64,000 nucleotides of DNA from Octopus vulgaris (lineage: Eukaryota): positions 139,562,001 through 139,626,000 of the forward strand of contig OX597816.1 in assembly GCA_951406725.2 (NCBI GenBank). Direction: 5' to 3'. A model generated the notes under the pieces. The model saw nothing but the letters and a program-made list of their open reading frames with translations, searched no databases and was not told where the DNA came from. Positions 15,399 to 29,425 of the stretch are shown here, piece after piece. Every line of letters starts with the position of its first letter. The first letter of the stretch is position 1. A program made the position numbers and the translations under genes.

Positions 15399-15780
15399 GT
15401 ACTGTCGTTACTGTCCTGTTTTTGTTACCATTCTTTACCCCTCTGCGAAAAGATCTCAGAATTTTAATTGATTTGCTTTTCGCAGGAAGGAAAGTTTCTT
15501 GTCGAAGATACGTCTCGCTTTCACCTTCGAAACGTAGAGTAGATGAAACCATAGCGACTGAAGAAGGGGATTTTTCCTTGTGTTAATTGTCCTGTACTCT
15601 ATATTTTTGTTGTTTAAAAAAATGTCCAGTTCCGTTGGTTTGTGTCTATGTTTTCGTTTCTCATTGTGTTCGACGTCTTTTGGTGTCCTGTACTCATATA
15701 TGCGTGTAGATGTACATGTAGAGGTAGGTACGTACATATATGTTTATATATATGCATATGTTTTATTTTATTTATTAATA
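15393..15780 (+). mobile_element. (TA)n-embedded interspersed repeat
   Basis: 15604-15780 closely matches the reverse complement of 45815-45995. Confidence 0.75.
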
Positions 15781-15818
15781 TATATATATATATATATACG
15801 CACACACACACACACACA

Positions 15819-15975
15819 TACGACGGATATCTTTCAATATCCGTCTACCAAATCCACTCACAAGGCTTTGGTCGGCCCGAGGCTATTGTAGAAGATACCT
15901 GCCCAAGGTGCCACGCAGTGGGACTGAACCTAGAACCATGTGGCTGGTAAGCAAGCTGCTTACCACTCCTGCGCC
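15819..15975 (-). mobile_element. SINE family B, 5' half
   Basis: Family match. Confidence 0.85.
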
Positions 15976-18200
15976 TTCACTGGGCATTATTATTATCATT
16001 ATCCTTATTATTGTTGTTGTTATTTAAAACAGCTTGATTCAGCTCCACTGACTTACAGTTTTGCCGGCTTCTTACAGAAGCCTAGCTTATTCAGGTGCAG
16101 ATAACCGAATGCGGAGTTACAGGAAATCAAGATGGCTGCCGCAGTCTGCGCTGCTGTTGATTGAGGCGGCTCACGTGCTGTTCTTAGGATCGACATTTCA
16201 GAAGCACCAGAAGCATTAGAAAGGAGAATTTCTTGGATCGCGTGGCTGAACAAGAAACTGGTGGCGCCTTGGTGTCTGACGAGTCTTTGGAGGGACTTTG
16301 AGGGATTAACAGGCTAGCAGGAACATGACCGGCGAGGGTGTGTGTGTCTGTATACCCGATGTAGGAGTAGATGAATGTGGATGTGGGATATCTGTGCGCG
16401 TGTATCAGCTATACGTGTGTGTGAGCACGTGTGTAAACTGGCGTATGGGTGGGTCGGTGGGCTAATGGCATCAGCTCGTTGATACGCATGTGCGTGTTTT
16501 TGCTAGGGTGTGCGTAAGTATGGCTGTGGGTGCGAATCAGCCAAATGTGAGTCCACGTGCGCGTGAATATGTAGGCGTATGTGTCAGCTGTGTGTGGAGA
16601 ATTTGGATATAGTTACTCGTATACCGAGTGACCATCTACAAGCTTTTAAATTGACTGCTGTGCTTTATGGTCAACTACGATCGGATTCCAGACAGTGTAT
16701 ATAGTTTCCCCCCCCTTTTACAGTTTTCTTTCTTTTAATTTTCTTCTGATTTGCTTGTTCGTTCAGGTTATATTTATTGTTGAGATATGATTAGATAATT
16801 GGAGTTTGTTTCTTTACTGCCAGCCTGAATACAAAGACTTACTTCATGAATATTTGATTGTGCAATTATCACCACCAGATGTTCCCACAATGTGTGTTAT
16901 ATCTAAAATCAGAGGCAGCATCTTGTCGTTACGACGTATTTCATTTATATATGTTAACAGTTAATATTTGCGCTGTAAATATTAACAGCGCGAAAGAAAT
17001 TTACATAGAAGCCTGATAAAGGTGTCGTAAATAAATTCCACAAAATAGTTATTAATCTTCTAATTAAGTTTTTTTAATGAATTAGGAAAGAGGTGTAATA
17101 TCATCTGATTGGTATAAAGTGAGTCACATACACGATCTAGTCTCGTATATCTTCTCTCTGCCTTTTCTGCCACTACTATAACACTGTGTAACACGATTTT
17201 TGTCCTTGGGTAGCAATTGTTATTTCTTATTTGCTTACCCCTAGAAAGTATAAAAAGAACGGCCAATATTTCCTTCAAATTTTTTTTTTTTTTTTTTACA
17301 TTTGTTTAAACCCCAAAGAATTCCTCTTAACACATGGCTGTGATGCTTTCCCAATTCTCCTGCACATGATAGAGATGTTCAAATGGTCAACCACTAAGGG
17401 TCATGTTTAAGTGGTTAAGGTCAAGCAACTGACAAGCAAATCTGTGGTATTGAACAGAATATTTTGCTATAGCAATATTTCAACTCGGCGCTGAATCTGT
17501 CCGACATGTAATGGAATGTAGGTCAATTTTAGAAACATTCATTTCCAGGTCACAAAAGCAAAGTTTGAAGGGAATAGTAATCATTTCCTTCGAATTTTAG
17601 ATAGAAGCTAATAGGCGGTAACGCTTACTGATTAAAGGCAAAAAAAAAGAAATTAAATTTTAAAATGGCCTTTACGCCTCAGAGCTGGCTTGGCTCATTT
17701 CATTCCTACTTGGTATTCCAACATATCTCCCACAATAATGAGCTTTTGCAACAAATGTCCAACCTGAGCATCTACACTCTAATGTCAGCGAGGGGAAAAA
17801 TGAGGGCTAGTCAGTATCGAACGATTGCGATTGATTGAATTTCATATAAGGCACAAAACATGGCATTAAATTCAATAGTACTACTACTACTACTATACAT
17901 ACACGTGCGTGTGTATGTATACGAATGTGGGAGGGTGGGCCTTTATCGTTCGATGATGACGATTGAGTTGTTCGATCGATTGAACAATCTGCTCCTGAAG
18001 TGCTAAGTATTCCACTGACACGTTACTCTTTAATGTAATTCAATAGCAGAGGCATCCTGACACACTGTATTTAGAAGATTTTTTGAACTACCCAGTTTTA
18101 CACACAAGGTATGAGTCAAGGTGATGCTATAGAGAATGACATTTGAGCAAGATGCCACGCAGTGATCTAATTTGGGACCCGATGTTCAGCAAAGCTGCAC

Positions 18201-18312
<112 letters not shown>

Positions 18313-19493
18313 ATATCTTGCGTTGGGCCCTCATCTTTTCGGTGAAGCCGTAGGAGCATTGTCGTAACGTACGGAGTGCATCGGGGATTTTTTCATCTAC
18401 TGGAGCCCATTCCTCTCCAAATCTAACCACAGGCAATTTCTTCCATGAACAGGGAGATAATTCAGACAAAGTGAATGAATAGAAGAATCAACCCCAAAAC
18501 ACGACTGATACTATATTTGTGAACTCACATTCGAGGATGAGGAGAAAAAAAAACATATTAGGGAAAGCAGACGAACACTATGAGAGATGGTTTAGCGTCA
18601 TTCAGATAAAAGGTAGAACTAGAGACCAGATAAAACTTTTAGCTGTTACAATGGTTTATATTCTATTTCAGAAGGAATTAAATTGGGAATTGCAAACTCA
18701 CGAAACGTTATTTGTCCCATAATAACGCTACGCTATTTGTTACTTGCTCTAGCGGACCATTTAAAGTTTTCCTCGCAATGAAAGATGAAATGCTCTACTG
18801 GCAACCTATAATAGACTTTTAACTCTGCCATCTTCTTTGGCCCATTTCACTCGACCTGATGGAGAAAAATAGTTTGTGGGTATTGTCCTACTTTCTTGGG
18901 ATAAATAATATATGAACAAAAGATACGAAAACTTATCAGTATATTAAGGTTTTGCTTGCTCTCATCTTAAAATGGTTGACACTTCACCTCAAAAAATTTC
19001 TTTCTTTATATTCCAGCAAAGGTTTCTTATTTTTTTCTTTGCATGGTTCAAAATTAAATTTGTTGCCGTTATCGTAGTTCTTTAGACCCACGTTAATCCT
19101 GATCAAGTTAACCTATAATCAACACGGTTCTTATCATGAACGGCTTACAGAAACGTAAACAATCCTAGAGTCCTTTACGAGCTAAATTATCCAGTTTGTC
19201 CGTTCTTCTTTAAAATAATTGAGTGTAATCTGAAGATTAAGCACCTATTTCTCTGAGAACTAGTGCACATATAAATGACCCTTTGTTGGCTCGTATAAAA
19301 TTGATTTATAACAAATGGTCTTTGGATAGCGGGTAAGTTGGGGTGGTAATCGATTCTTTCGACCTTAGTGCTTTTAATATTTTATGCGAAATTTCTGTAG
19401 ACAGGCATTGCAAGCACTTCGTTTTCCCCTCTTACCAGCTATTTTCTATCTGTCAATCAAATAACACTATGTCTTATTACTTTAAATACATTA

Positions 19494-19912
19494 GGCGCAG
19501 GAGTGGCTGTGTGGTAAGTAGCTTGCTAACCAACCACATGGCTCCGGGTTCAGTCCCACTGCGTGGCATCTTGGGCAAGTGTCTTCTGCTATAGCCCCGG
19601 GCCGACCAATGCCTTGTGAGTGGATTTGGTAGACGGAAACTGAAAGAAGCCTGTCGTATATATATGTATATATATATGTGTGTGTGTATGTGTGTGTGTT
19701 TGTGTGTTTGTCCCCCTAGCATTGCTTGACAACCGATGCTGGTGTGTTTACGTCCCCGTCACTTAGCGGTTCGGCAAAAGAGACCGATAGAATAAGTACT
19801 GGGCTTACAAAGAATAAGTCCCGGGGTCGATTTGCTCGACTAAAGGCGGTGCTCCAGCATGGCCGCAGTCAAATGACTGAAACAAGTAAAAGATAAAAGA
19901 AAGAAAGAAAGA
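19494..19912 (+). mobile_element. SINE family B, full-length reference copy
   Basis: A-box TGGCTGTGTGG, B-box GGTTCAGTCCC, CORE-like CTTGGGCAAGTG, internal TA/TG tract, 3' hairpin CAGTC AAAT GACTG and A-rich tail. Confidence 0.92.
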
Positions 19913-20732
19913 TATGTAAATGAAGGAGAACACAGATATATTTGAAGTATCTTTTTATACACAAGACGATAATTAACAGTACTATATTCACAAATAACTT
20001 TCGTGGCTGCTATTGTATTTGTTCTGGGCGGTTATTTATTGTTTCAGCAGGAATACATTAAATGCTTATTTGGAAACAGTAGAATAAAATTAAGATTAAA
20101 TTAAACAATACCAGAAGACAAATAACACAACGGGGAAAATACTGTAATATTCAACTAGTTATATAATTTAACTTGAATATTTTATGTCCTAAAGTCGACA
20201 GTATCTACATAAGGTAGGAGGGTAGGATGATTAATTTATAGCTGGTCACTGCGTTCTCTGAATTACGGATATTTTAAGAGGCCGAGAGGTTTTGGTTCAT
20301 TTTCAAAATCCACTCAAGCCTCATTTTATTTTGTCTCTATTTATTTCATAATATCTTTTTTCATTCTTCATCCCTTTCTCTCTCACTTTCTACCTTAATC
20401 TTTCTCACATTGTAATTCTGGTTAATCCTCCCTCGCCTAGCCACAGCTATCCAATTAACTTCTCTTTGTTAATCTTTCAGTTCTTCTCAGTTTTTATCTT
20501 CATTTCTCTCTTATTTACCAACTCTGACTTCCTTCTTTATTCTTTCTTAAATTTCGAACTTTATTCAACCCTTATTCGTCCCTCAGTCTTATTGATATTT
20601 GAATTCTTTATCACTTTCTTTAAGTGGTTTCATTCTTTCTTTTGTTTTTACTTTCTTTGTATTTTTATATTATCTGTCTCCCTAATTATCTAGTTAGATC
20701 ACTTTTTCTCCATAATTAACACCTCTCCTGCT

Positions 20733-20763
<31 letters not shown>

Positions 20764-20914
20764 ACAAGTTTTCCATCATTATTAAGTGTGTGAAAAGCAT
20801 GAAATGTCATAGCCCCTCATATTACTTCATATTACTTCCCAGAAAAGTTTCCTTGTTCTTATAAATACCAATTATTATAAAATTTAAAAACAGCTTCATA
20901 TACTCATATGCATC

Positions 20915-21130
20915 AAAATAGGCACCACAACGCAGTCGCTCCATTTGCTAGAAAGAGCAGCCAATTTTCTTTTAGATATTCACCCTTGCTCCTTAAATGA
21001 AGGATACATTGGCTATTTCCTATGTATATGATATTTCCTAAAGTTCCTATTGTAAGAAAAAAATACGGGATATCCATGGCTGAAACACACCTGATCATAG
21101 GTCAGCATGTTGAGGACTGACTAGGATTTC
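20915..21130 (+). mobile_element. old interspersed repeat family E
   Basis: GCTAGAAA..GCAGCCAA..GGATACATTGG..GATCATAGGTC pattern also at about 2895-3260, 37450-37630, 42720-42900 and inverted at 19060-19290. Confidence 0.5.
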
Positions 21131-21314
21131 AGCAAGTGCCTCCACTCCACATAAAAAATCTATACCGAATTCTCAGAACTAAACCGTCCTCTCTTTGCAT
21201 TTGAAATTTGTTCTTGCTCAGCGCAAGGTTTGGCTTGATCGAACCGTCGTCGTATCATGAAAAATACCACAGCCGTGATATTCTTCTTTCTTTTTTCAGA
21301 CATTGGTGCGGCTG

Positions 21315-21535
21315 TGTTTGACCCCCCACCAACACTTGACAACCGCTACTGATGTGTTTACGTCCCCTTAACGTAGCGGTTCTACAAAAGAGACCGATAC
21401 AATAAGCACCAAGCCTTTAAAAAAATAGTACTAGGGATTGATTCATCCGACTGAAAACAAATATTCTCTGAGACGGTGCTCCAGCATGACCGTAGTCTAA
21501 TGAGTGAAGCAAATAAAAGATCAAAATTAAAAGAT
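21315..21535 (+). mobile_element. SINE family B, 3' half
   Basis: CTTGACAACCG..GCGGTTC..GGTGCTCCAGCATG. Confidence 0.75.
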
Positions 21536-22317
21536 AGTTTATCTGGAATGACATTTCCTAATGCTTTCTTTCCATAAGACGATACTATGTGATTAAAAAT
21601 GGTGATCTAACTATTATTTCTAGCAAATCAATCGGCCACCAAGAAGCACCCATATTGACCAGTTTTTATTAATATATTTTATGTTATTTTTATTACTAAC
21701 TTATCTTTATTGCACCACAGTTCCTCTTATCCAACAAGCCAGCTGTCAAATGCCATGTATATCTATCTCTTTCTTACTTTCTTAAATCTTTTTTTTCAGG
21801 TTTCAATTTTCTTTCATTTTTGCGTCGATTTGCCAACTTACTGATGACATCAAATATCTTATCCGCCGCAGCCTCCACCGTTCATCACAAACACCTACGC
21901 ACACACAATATACACACATGTAGCCAGACATGCGCAACCCACCTACAGCATAAAACGCTAATCATTATTAAACCCATTGACATCACAAGCAGTTTCTACT
22001 CAAAAAAATCAATGGAGCGAAATCACCTCGAGCGTAAACGTTCATCCATTAAAGAGCAGAAGAGAAATCTATCCTGGCTAGCATCAAGTACAGCTGGTCA
22101 GTGGAGAGGTCCTTGAAGTAGCTGAGGTGGTGCGTTTTCGAGCTGTAAGTGTAACAAAAAGTAGAAACGACGGGGGTTTGAGGAGGCTACATCTAACATT
22201 TCTTATGATCTAACGATGTAAGTACTTCCATGAACTGTCTTGCAATGGCTTTCTTTCTCGCTCTCTCTCTCTCTCCCTCTTTCTCCCTCTTTCTCCCTCT
22301 CTCTCCCTCTCTCTCTA

Positions 22318-22353
<36 letters not shown>

Positions 22354-22559
22354 TCTCACACTCTCTCTTCCACTCTCTTTCTCTTAATCCCCCCTGTCTC
22401 TCTCTTCTGATCTTTATTCTTCATTCTCTTCATTCTCTTTTCTTTGCCTCTTTCTCAACCTCTTTCTTTCTCCTTCGTCTCTCTCCCCTTCACCTCTCTC
22501 CCCCTTCGCCTCTCACTTCTTCGCCTCATTTTCCTTCGCCTATCTCTCTCGTCCCTTCG

Positions 22560-22597
<38 letters not shown>

Positions 22598-22795
22598 CCC
22601 TTCTCTCCCCTCTCTCTGTCATTAACAGTTCGCAAAACCTTCCGTCATGTGAAAGGAAACAAACCGCGTTGATGTGGAAGCTGCACTGCACCGGGTATTA
22701 ATCGAAACCCGTAATCTTTAAGATAGGTTTGTGGGTTGAATAAATAAAATGAGGCGAAAATATAAGAGGGAAGAAAAAGAGAAGAGCAAGTTGAA

Positions 22796-22801
22796 AGAAG
22801 A

Positions 22802-22870
<69 letters not shown>

Positions 22871-22886
22871 CGCAGCAGCAGCAGCA

Positions 22887-22922
<36 letters not shown>

Positions 22923-22960
22923 TTGTTGTTGGTGGTGGTGGTGGTAGTGGTGGTGGTGGT
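22796..22960. repeat. compound trinucleotide repeat (GAA)(GTA)(GCA)(GCG)(GTT)(GTG)
   Basis: Direct reading. Confidence 0.95.
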
Positions 22961-23540
22961 AAAAAATAAATTATTTATAAACCCTGGTTTCTGCATACTT
23001 GTCACAAGAGACATTGTGCAGACTGAGTAGAGTGAATCAAACTGACCAGCAGACACAATCACACACAACAATGATTTCTCTCTCTCTCTCCACCCCATCT
23101 TTCTCTCTCTCTCTCACACACACACATACACACACACACAAACACACACACACACAAACACAAACAAACACGCACATACAAACATACACACATAAAGGTA
23201 GATGTACAAAGGAATGAAAACAGAACATAACACAGATGGGAGTTAAGTATTTATTTGCCGGTTGACTCAGCTCCACATTATTCGGACATTCATAGACTCA
23301 GATAACTATCTTGTCTGGTTCATCAGATGTCGAGGGGCTGAAAGTGCATAAAACTGAAAATAATGGCTTCTCAGTGAGAATATTTGGGAGCCACCATTGG
23401 TCAGATAAGGCCACATGAACGCGTCGATGAAGGAGCGACACCAGATAATCTATATTTCATGTAATATGTTATATCATACGTACATATATTACATATGTGT
23501 ACACACACACACACACACACACACACAGATATATGTATAT

Positions 23541-23579
<39 letters not shown>

Positions 23580-23908
23580 TGTGTGTGTGTACGTGCGTGT
23601 GTCCGTGCGTGTGTGTGTGTGTGTGTGCGTGCGAGTGCGTTTGCGTGTGTAATGGATAAGCATAGGTAAAAAAAGGCGTAAAGATGTAGAGACAAAGACA
23701 ATTAATTAATTAGTGCTCAGCTTGGATCAGATTCCTCAAATGTAAAGTTTAATGAAAGGAGACAGAAAAGTAGGTTACGCGATACAAATTCCGAGATTGA
23801 TTATATTTGAACTTACAACTATTATAATACAATAAACATACAACGTCTCCAGTAACGTCTACTTACAAGGTGATAATGTATAAATAGAAGATCAAATGTC
23901 GATAAACG

Positions 23909-24212
23909 TCGCCCTTTTGAAGCCTAGCCAGGCTTATGGGCCCGGTTTCCCGGTTCCTGTGGCGTATGTGTTCCCCCAGCTGGACAGGGCGCCAGTCCAT
24001 CGCAGCGTTACTCAAGAAACAGGAAGAGAGAGTGAGAGAAAGTTGTGGTGAAAGAGTACAACAGGGATCGCCACGACCCCCTACCGGAGCATCGTGGAGC
24101 TTTTTAGGTGTTTTCGCTCAATAAACACTCAGAACGCCCGGTCTGGGAATCGAAACCGCGATCCTCCGACCGCGAGTCCGCAGCCCTAATCACTGGGCCA
24201 TTGCGCCTCCAC
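23909..24212 (-). mobile_element. tRNA-derived SINE family C
   Basis: Minus head GTGGAGGCGCAATGGCCCAGTG, B-box GTTTCGATTCCC; ATAAATAGAAGAT repeated at 23880-23892 and 24213-24225. Confidence 0.88.
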
Positions 24213-24236
24213 ATAAATAGAAGATAAATATGAATG

Positions 24237-24454
24237 AATTATTAGCGACGGAAGTAGTCTTAATACCAAAAGCTAATATTTATATCCAAGATCGTCTTTA
24301 CGACCTCTGTATGTGCTTTTATGCACCAAGCGCCTTTATAAGAGGATCTCTCAAGGCTAATAACGCAGGATTCGGTGTTCTAACACGACATCCATGTTAA
24401 ATTGGATGTAAAAATTATCTTTTGGTATTAATACTGCTTCCGTCGCTAATAATT
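24237..24454. mobile_element. MITE with about 53-bp TIRs
   Basis: AATTATTAGCGACGGAAG...ATCCAA and TTGGAT...CTTCCGTCGCTAATAATT; diverged partial copy at 24662-24757. Confidence 0.75.
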
Positions 24455-26137
24455 AATTTTTAATAAGCCTGCTGGCTATTTGCTACATCAGCGTGTGGAA
24501 AGATACTGACATTTTATGTATCGTAGCAGCGAGAACTGACTTGCATGCTGTCACCCCGTTGCTTTCCACTGATGAGTTCCAGTAGTCCGAAATCACGTGA
24601 TATGGAAATTCTAGTGTCCTTGACACAGGATTCTCCTTTGTAACGTCTGTGTTTTTAAGCATCAAGCGCTGATATGAGACAATCTCTCAAGGCTGATAAC
24701 GCAGTTTCGCTGTTCTAACAAAGCATCGATATTTTGTTGGATATAAACATTATCTTTCGATAAATAAATGCATAGATGATACATTTATGAGAACGTTAAG
24801 AGAAGGATAAATAATGGTCCACATTTAAAAATTATTTTACTTGTTCCACTCATAGAATTGCACCCAAAGTAGAGCACTATTTTGATGGTGTTAGTCGAGC
24901 AAATCGTCCATAGGATGTATTCCTTTCAAGTTCGGTGCTTATTATATCCAACTCTTTTGCCGAAATGCTACGTTTCGGTGAGTAAAGAAATCAAAGCCCG
25001 TTGTCATAAAACCAAGTCACTACATATAAGCACATACATGGACGTATACATACACACACGTGCGCAGGCACGCACGCACACACACACACATGCGCATGCA
25101 CGCACATGCGCGCGCGAGCACACACACACGCATATATATATATATATATATACATAAATGTCGAAGAATGAGACCGAGACTCAACACCGCATTGGTAGAT
25201 AAAATTTCTTTACTTGTGCATTAAGGCTACCGTTGGTTTCATGTTAAGAAAACTATTTTAATATCTTAACAAATTTTCAAGCCGATCACATGGCGGAATG
25301 GTCTTCATTGCTATTTTAGAGACGAACCCAAAACCTCTCTTGATACAAATCGAACTTTACAGCAACACAACCATTACTACACCTAATTCGTAGCTCCAAA
25401 TAGTTGGCAACTGTAAATGTAACATACAGCAATATTTACCCTTACTTTGGCTTTCAACAGCTTATGAAGTCATAAGGGCGCCATCGTGACATACGTTTTA
25501 TCACAGGTTTCTTAAATTTGGCGGAGCCCTTCCCTCTCTAAGTCTAATTGAAGTCGAATTCCTCCAGATAGAAAGAATGAGTGAGGCAGAACAAGCAACC
25601 CCAGTACCGAACTGACAATTTATTTCTCAATGTTAAAAGGATGAAAGGCAATGTCGACCTAAGAAAGATTTTAAATTATGTCGTAGAGAGTCAGTGCAAA
25701 TACCGCAAGACGTTCTAGCTATGTTTAAACGACTCGAGCAATTTGCTGTCTACGGGGCAATATACTTGTACACTTTATATCACTAGTAAGAACGTCATCT
25801 GTCTAGTTAAAAGTCATGTACCAACTACATATATCTATCAATAAGAATATTATATGTTCTTTGAAATGGGTCGCTGCACTCCATCTCCGTCTCCCCCGTT
25901 TCTTCTCCTGCCCCCAATTGAGATACGTTTCTGTTTCGGTTCCCAAAATCCGCAATAAACACTCCGCTGAGTAATTTCTACTTACCCAGTGGCTGAAAGC
26001 ACTCGATCATCACCACCCACATCTTTATTCAACTGTCAACCTACATTTGTTCAAGCGAAACATTGTAATTGTGTGTGTATGTATGTATGTATGTATGTAT
26101 GTATGTATGTATGTATGTATGTATGTATGTATGTATG

Positions 26138-26227
<90 letters not shown>

Positions 26228-26644
26228 TTTATGTATGTATATGTGTACGTATGTATACGCACAAGGAGAGAGGGAAAGAAAGAGCGAGATTGGGATCGGA
26301 CGATCGTCGTAAACAAAGACCAGGTCGTACTTTATTTTTAAGCATGTTAATTCAACCATGATTTTATTATTAAATTCTCCAAATTATCTCTCCTCATCCA
26401 GAGCCGATAACAAATGCCGCTAGGCTTTTGTTTTCCTAATCTATCTCCAGGGAAAATTTCAATAAATGAAGAATTTATCGCGCACCCATTAATTTGATGA
26501 TACTAACTCATGTCATTAGTGCCTTCGAGTTATTTTTCATTTAGCTCATTTTAGTTTTAAGTATGGAAATTACTTTGGGTAAGAAGGTAGTTAACGCATT
26601 CTGCATGTATTAAAAATATGTATAGTTTTGTATTTATATTTTTT

Positions 26645-26881
26645 ATCTTTTACTTTTTACTTGTTTCAGTCATTAGACTACGGCCATTCTGGGGTACCGC
26701 CCTGAAGAATTTTTAGTCGAAAGAATCGACTCCAGTACTTATATTTTGTTAGGACTGGTACTTATTCTATCAGTTCTATTTTGCCGAACCGCTAAGTTAC
26801 GGGAACATAAACACACCAGCATCCGTTGTCATACAGGGGTGGGGGGCAAACACAGACACGAAGACACACTCACACACACAC

Positions 26882-26921
<40 letters not shown>

Positions 26922-27066
26922 ATCGGGCTTCTTTCAGTTTCCGTCTACCAGATCCACTCACAAGGCATTGGTCGGTCCTAGAAAACACTTGTGCAATGTG
27001 CCACGTAGTGGGACTGAACCTGGAACCATGTGGTTGGGAAGCAAGCTTTTTACCACACAGCCCGCA
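26645..27066 (-). mobile_element. SINE family B
   Basis: Family match. Confidence 0.88.
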
Positions 27067-27325
27067 GATATTTCTTCAACAGTACATTTATAGTATTCCA
27101 TATATCTTTGTGATCCGCTTTCCCACGTAATTGTCTGCGTAAGTAATTACACACACACACACACACACACACACTCACTCACACACACACACACACAAAC
27201 ACACACACTCACACACACTTGTGTATATATAATGTCTGATGGAGAGAGTTAATATCTTAGGAGTAGATTTTACCAAATATTTTATTTTGGTTGAGTTGGT
27301 CTCTTCAGGAAGGTTGTATCATAAG

Positions 27326-27370
27326 TTGCCTGAAGATCGTATGCATCGACATTGAAACTCAGAGTAGCAA
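27326..27370 (+). ncRNA. type I hammerhead motif, canonical core, imperfect stem II
   Basis: TTGC-CTGAAGA-TCG TATGCAT CGA CATT-GAA-ACTC A GAGT-A-GCAA; enclosed by a 16-bp inverted repeat (27290-27305 / 27369-27384). Confidence 0.6.
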
Positions 27371-28560
27371 GAGACCAACTCGACATTCTTCTTTCTCTTT
27401 TTTGTCCCTTCACCCCTTCGCTTTTTCTCTCTCTGTTGGTCTCTCTTCTCCTCTCCCTTGTTGTCTTTCTCCTCTACTTGCTGCTGTCACGTGACCCGGG
27501 GCCAGCTTTCTCCCTTTCTCACACTGGTCTCGTAGCTGACCAGTCGTAAATTCTCTATCTTTCCATCCTTTAGAACATCTTCTAAACGTTCTTGGCCCTA
27601 AGGCCTTATTTTGTTCGTCTGTTCGTCCTTGTCCACCATCCTAAATCACACAGTATTGATTTATTTTGTTTGCTCTCGGCCTTGAATTCTCCAGAAAAAA
27701 CTTTTCTTGCGGGTTCCGCCAATATGGGAAGACCTCGGTCTTATTATTAATGGTGCGAAACTGAATAATACCAATTGGTTGATAACTGATGAAGAATTGG
27801 GGAACTTCTGTGGTTGTCTCCCGTCCACACGACGCTGTTGGAAAGCAAGTTTAGAGAGAGTGCGGTGTAAGATTACGCGCCCTTCCCCTCCATTGGTCAG
27901 TTGAAGTTTAGACAGTGTCACGTGACAACTAGCTGGTGCTGGCTGCTGGAGCCTATCAGCGAGTATTTAAAGAGGAATTTGGTAGGATAGTTAGTCGCCC
28001 ACTGACATTCATTGATGCTGCATCGAAGAGGGCAGGAAACAGAAGGAAAAGGAGAAAGAAGAAATGCACTCAACACCAGAGCTGAAGGCACCTCCGAAAG
28101 GTGGGAGGCGCCACGTCGAAAACGGTAGAGGAGTAGGGGCCAAAACCGGACATGGCTCCTCCTGATGATGTCTTTAGCCACTGGATCCTATAAAAGAGCT
28201 GTTGAGGTAGCAAACCACGAAACGTGGTTTAATTCACCCGTTATATCGTCTGTTTATTTACCATACACAAGCACACACCCACATATGTATATATGCGATG
28301 GTTTTTAAGCCAAGGTTAAATCTAGTTGTTTGTTAACGCACATGATATAAATAAGTGTGTGTGTGTATGTGTGTGTGTGTGTGTGTGTGTATTTATATAT
28401 TTGCTTGGAGCAATAAAATTATATTTGCTGAAGCTATGCTTTCGGAAGAAAATGAAATTTGACCAAAATGCAGCGCAGTAATCGCACCCGGCACTTCATA
28501 ATTGAGAAATAAAAATATTGCCCCCGCAGCTATGTTTACATCTGAAAACACACACGCACA

Positions 28561-28616
<56 letters not shown>

Positions 28617-29192
28617 TACACGCATACACACACACACTAACACACAAGAACATATTGATTGCACACAAATGCCCACGCATATACATATCTGTTACATATA
28701 TATGAGAGCATATTAGCATATGTATATGTGTATATGCTTCGACGTGTGTTTGTGTATGTGTGTATGTGTGTGTGTATGTGTGCGTGCTTGTGTGCGTGTG
28801 CATGTGTATAGCATTTAAATAAAAAGACAGTGCGAGTGAGAGAGAGTGTGTGAGAGAGAAAGAAGACAGATTCCTACAATTGTTTCTGCGGTAGCATTTG
28901 CTGTCGTTAGTCACTTTAGCTGTCGGCCATAGAATATAATACACATTCGATCAAGTTATCTTGCAATGATTTTTCATTCTATAGCTTTGTTATTTATAAC
29001 TTGTTTTCCCCGTTTTTTAAAGTTACAATACCCTTAAGAAAACTGTACGTGCATAGTGATAGCTGCCAGCACCTAAACTCAGCAAAAGCTACACCTGAGA
29101 GAAAGCGGCACAGAAGAAACATTATCTGGACAGCTGCTCCATGTTCACGACGAGATACCGTTATCTCTCTCTATATATATATATACATATAC

Positions 29193-29253
<61 letters not shown>

Positions 29254-29348
29254 CATGCGCGTGGGCGCGTGTGTTTATATATGTATCTATGTATACATAT
29301 ATATGTCTATAAAGCTTAATATCGATATTTTAGGCAAACACTTCAAAT

Positions 29349-29352
<4 letters not shown>

Positions 29353-29420
<68 letters not shown>

Positions 29421-29425
29421 TAATA
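29353..29425. repeat. (AAT)n microsatellite
   Basis: Direct reading. Confidence 0.95.

Noticed and set aside
16025-16700. GC-richer block with a YY1-like CAAGATGGC motif as promoter or exon
   Set aside because: Abuts a (TTA/TTG)n tail and may be an unclassified retroelement; no independent support.
19865-19890. SINE B tail AGTC AAAT GACT GAAAC AA GTA resembling a hammerhead half
   Set aside because: No core or stem I; better explained as a LINE-type 3' recognition hairpin.
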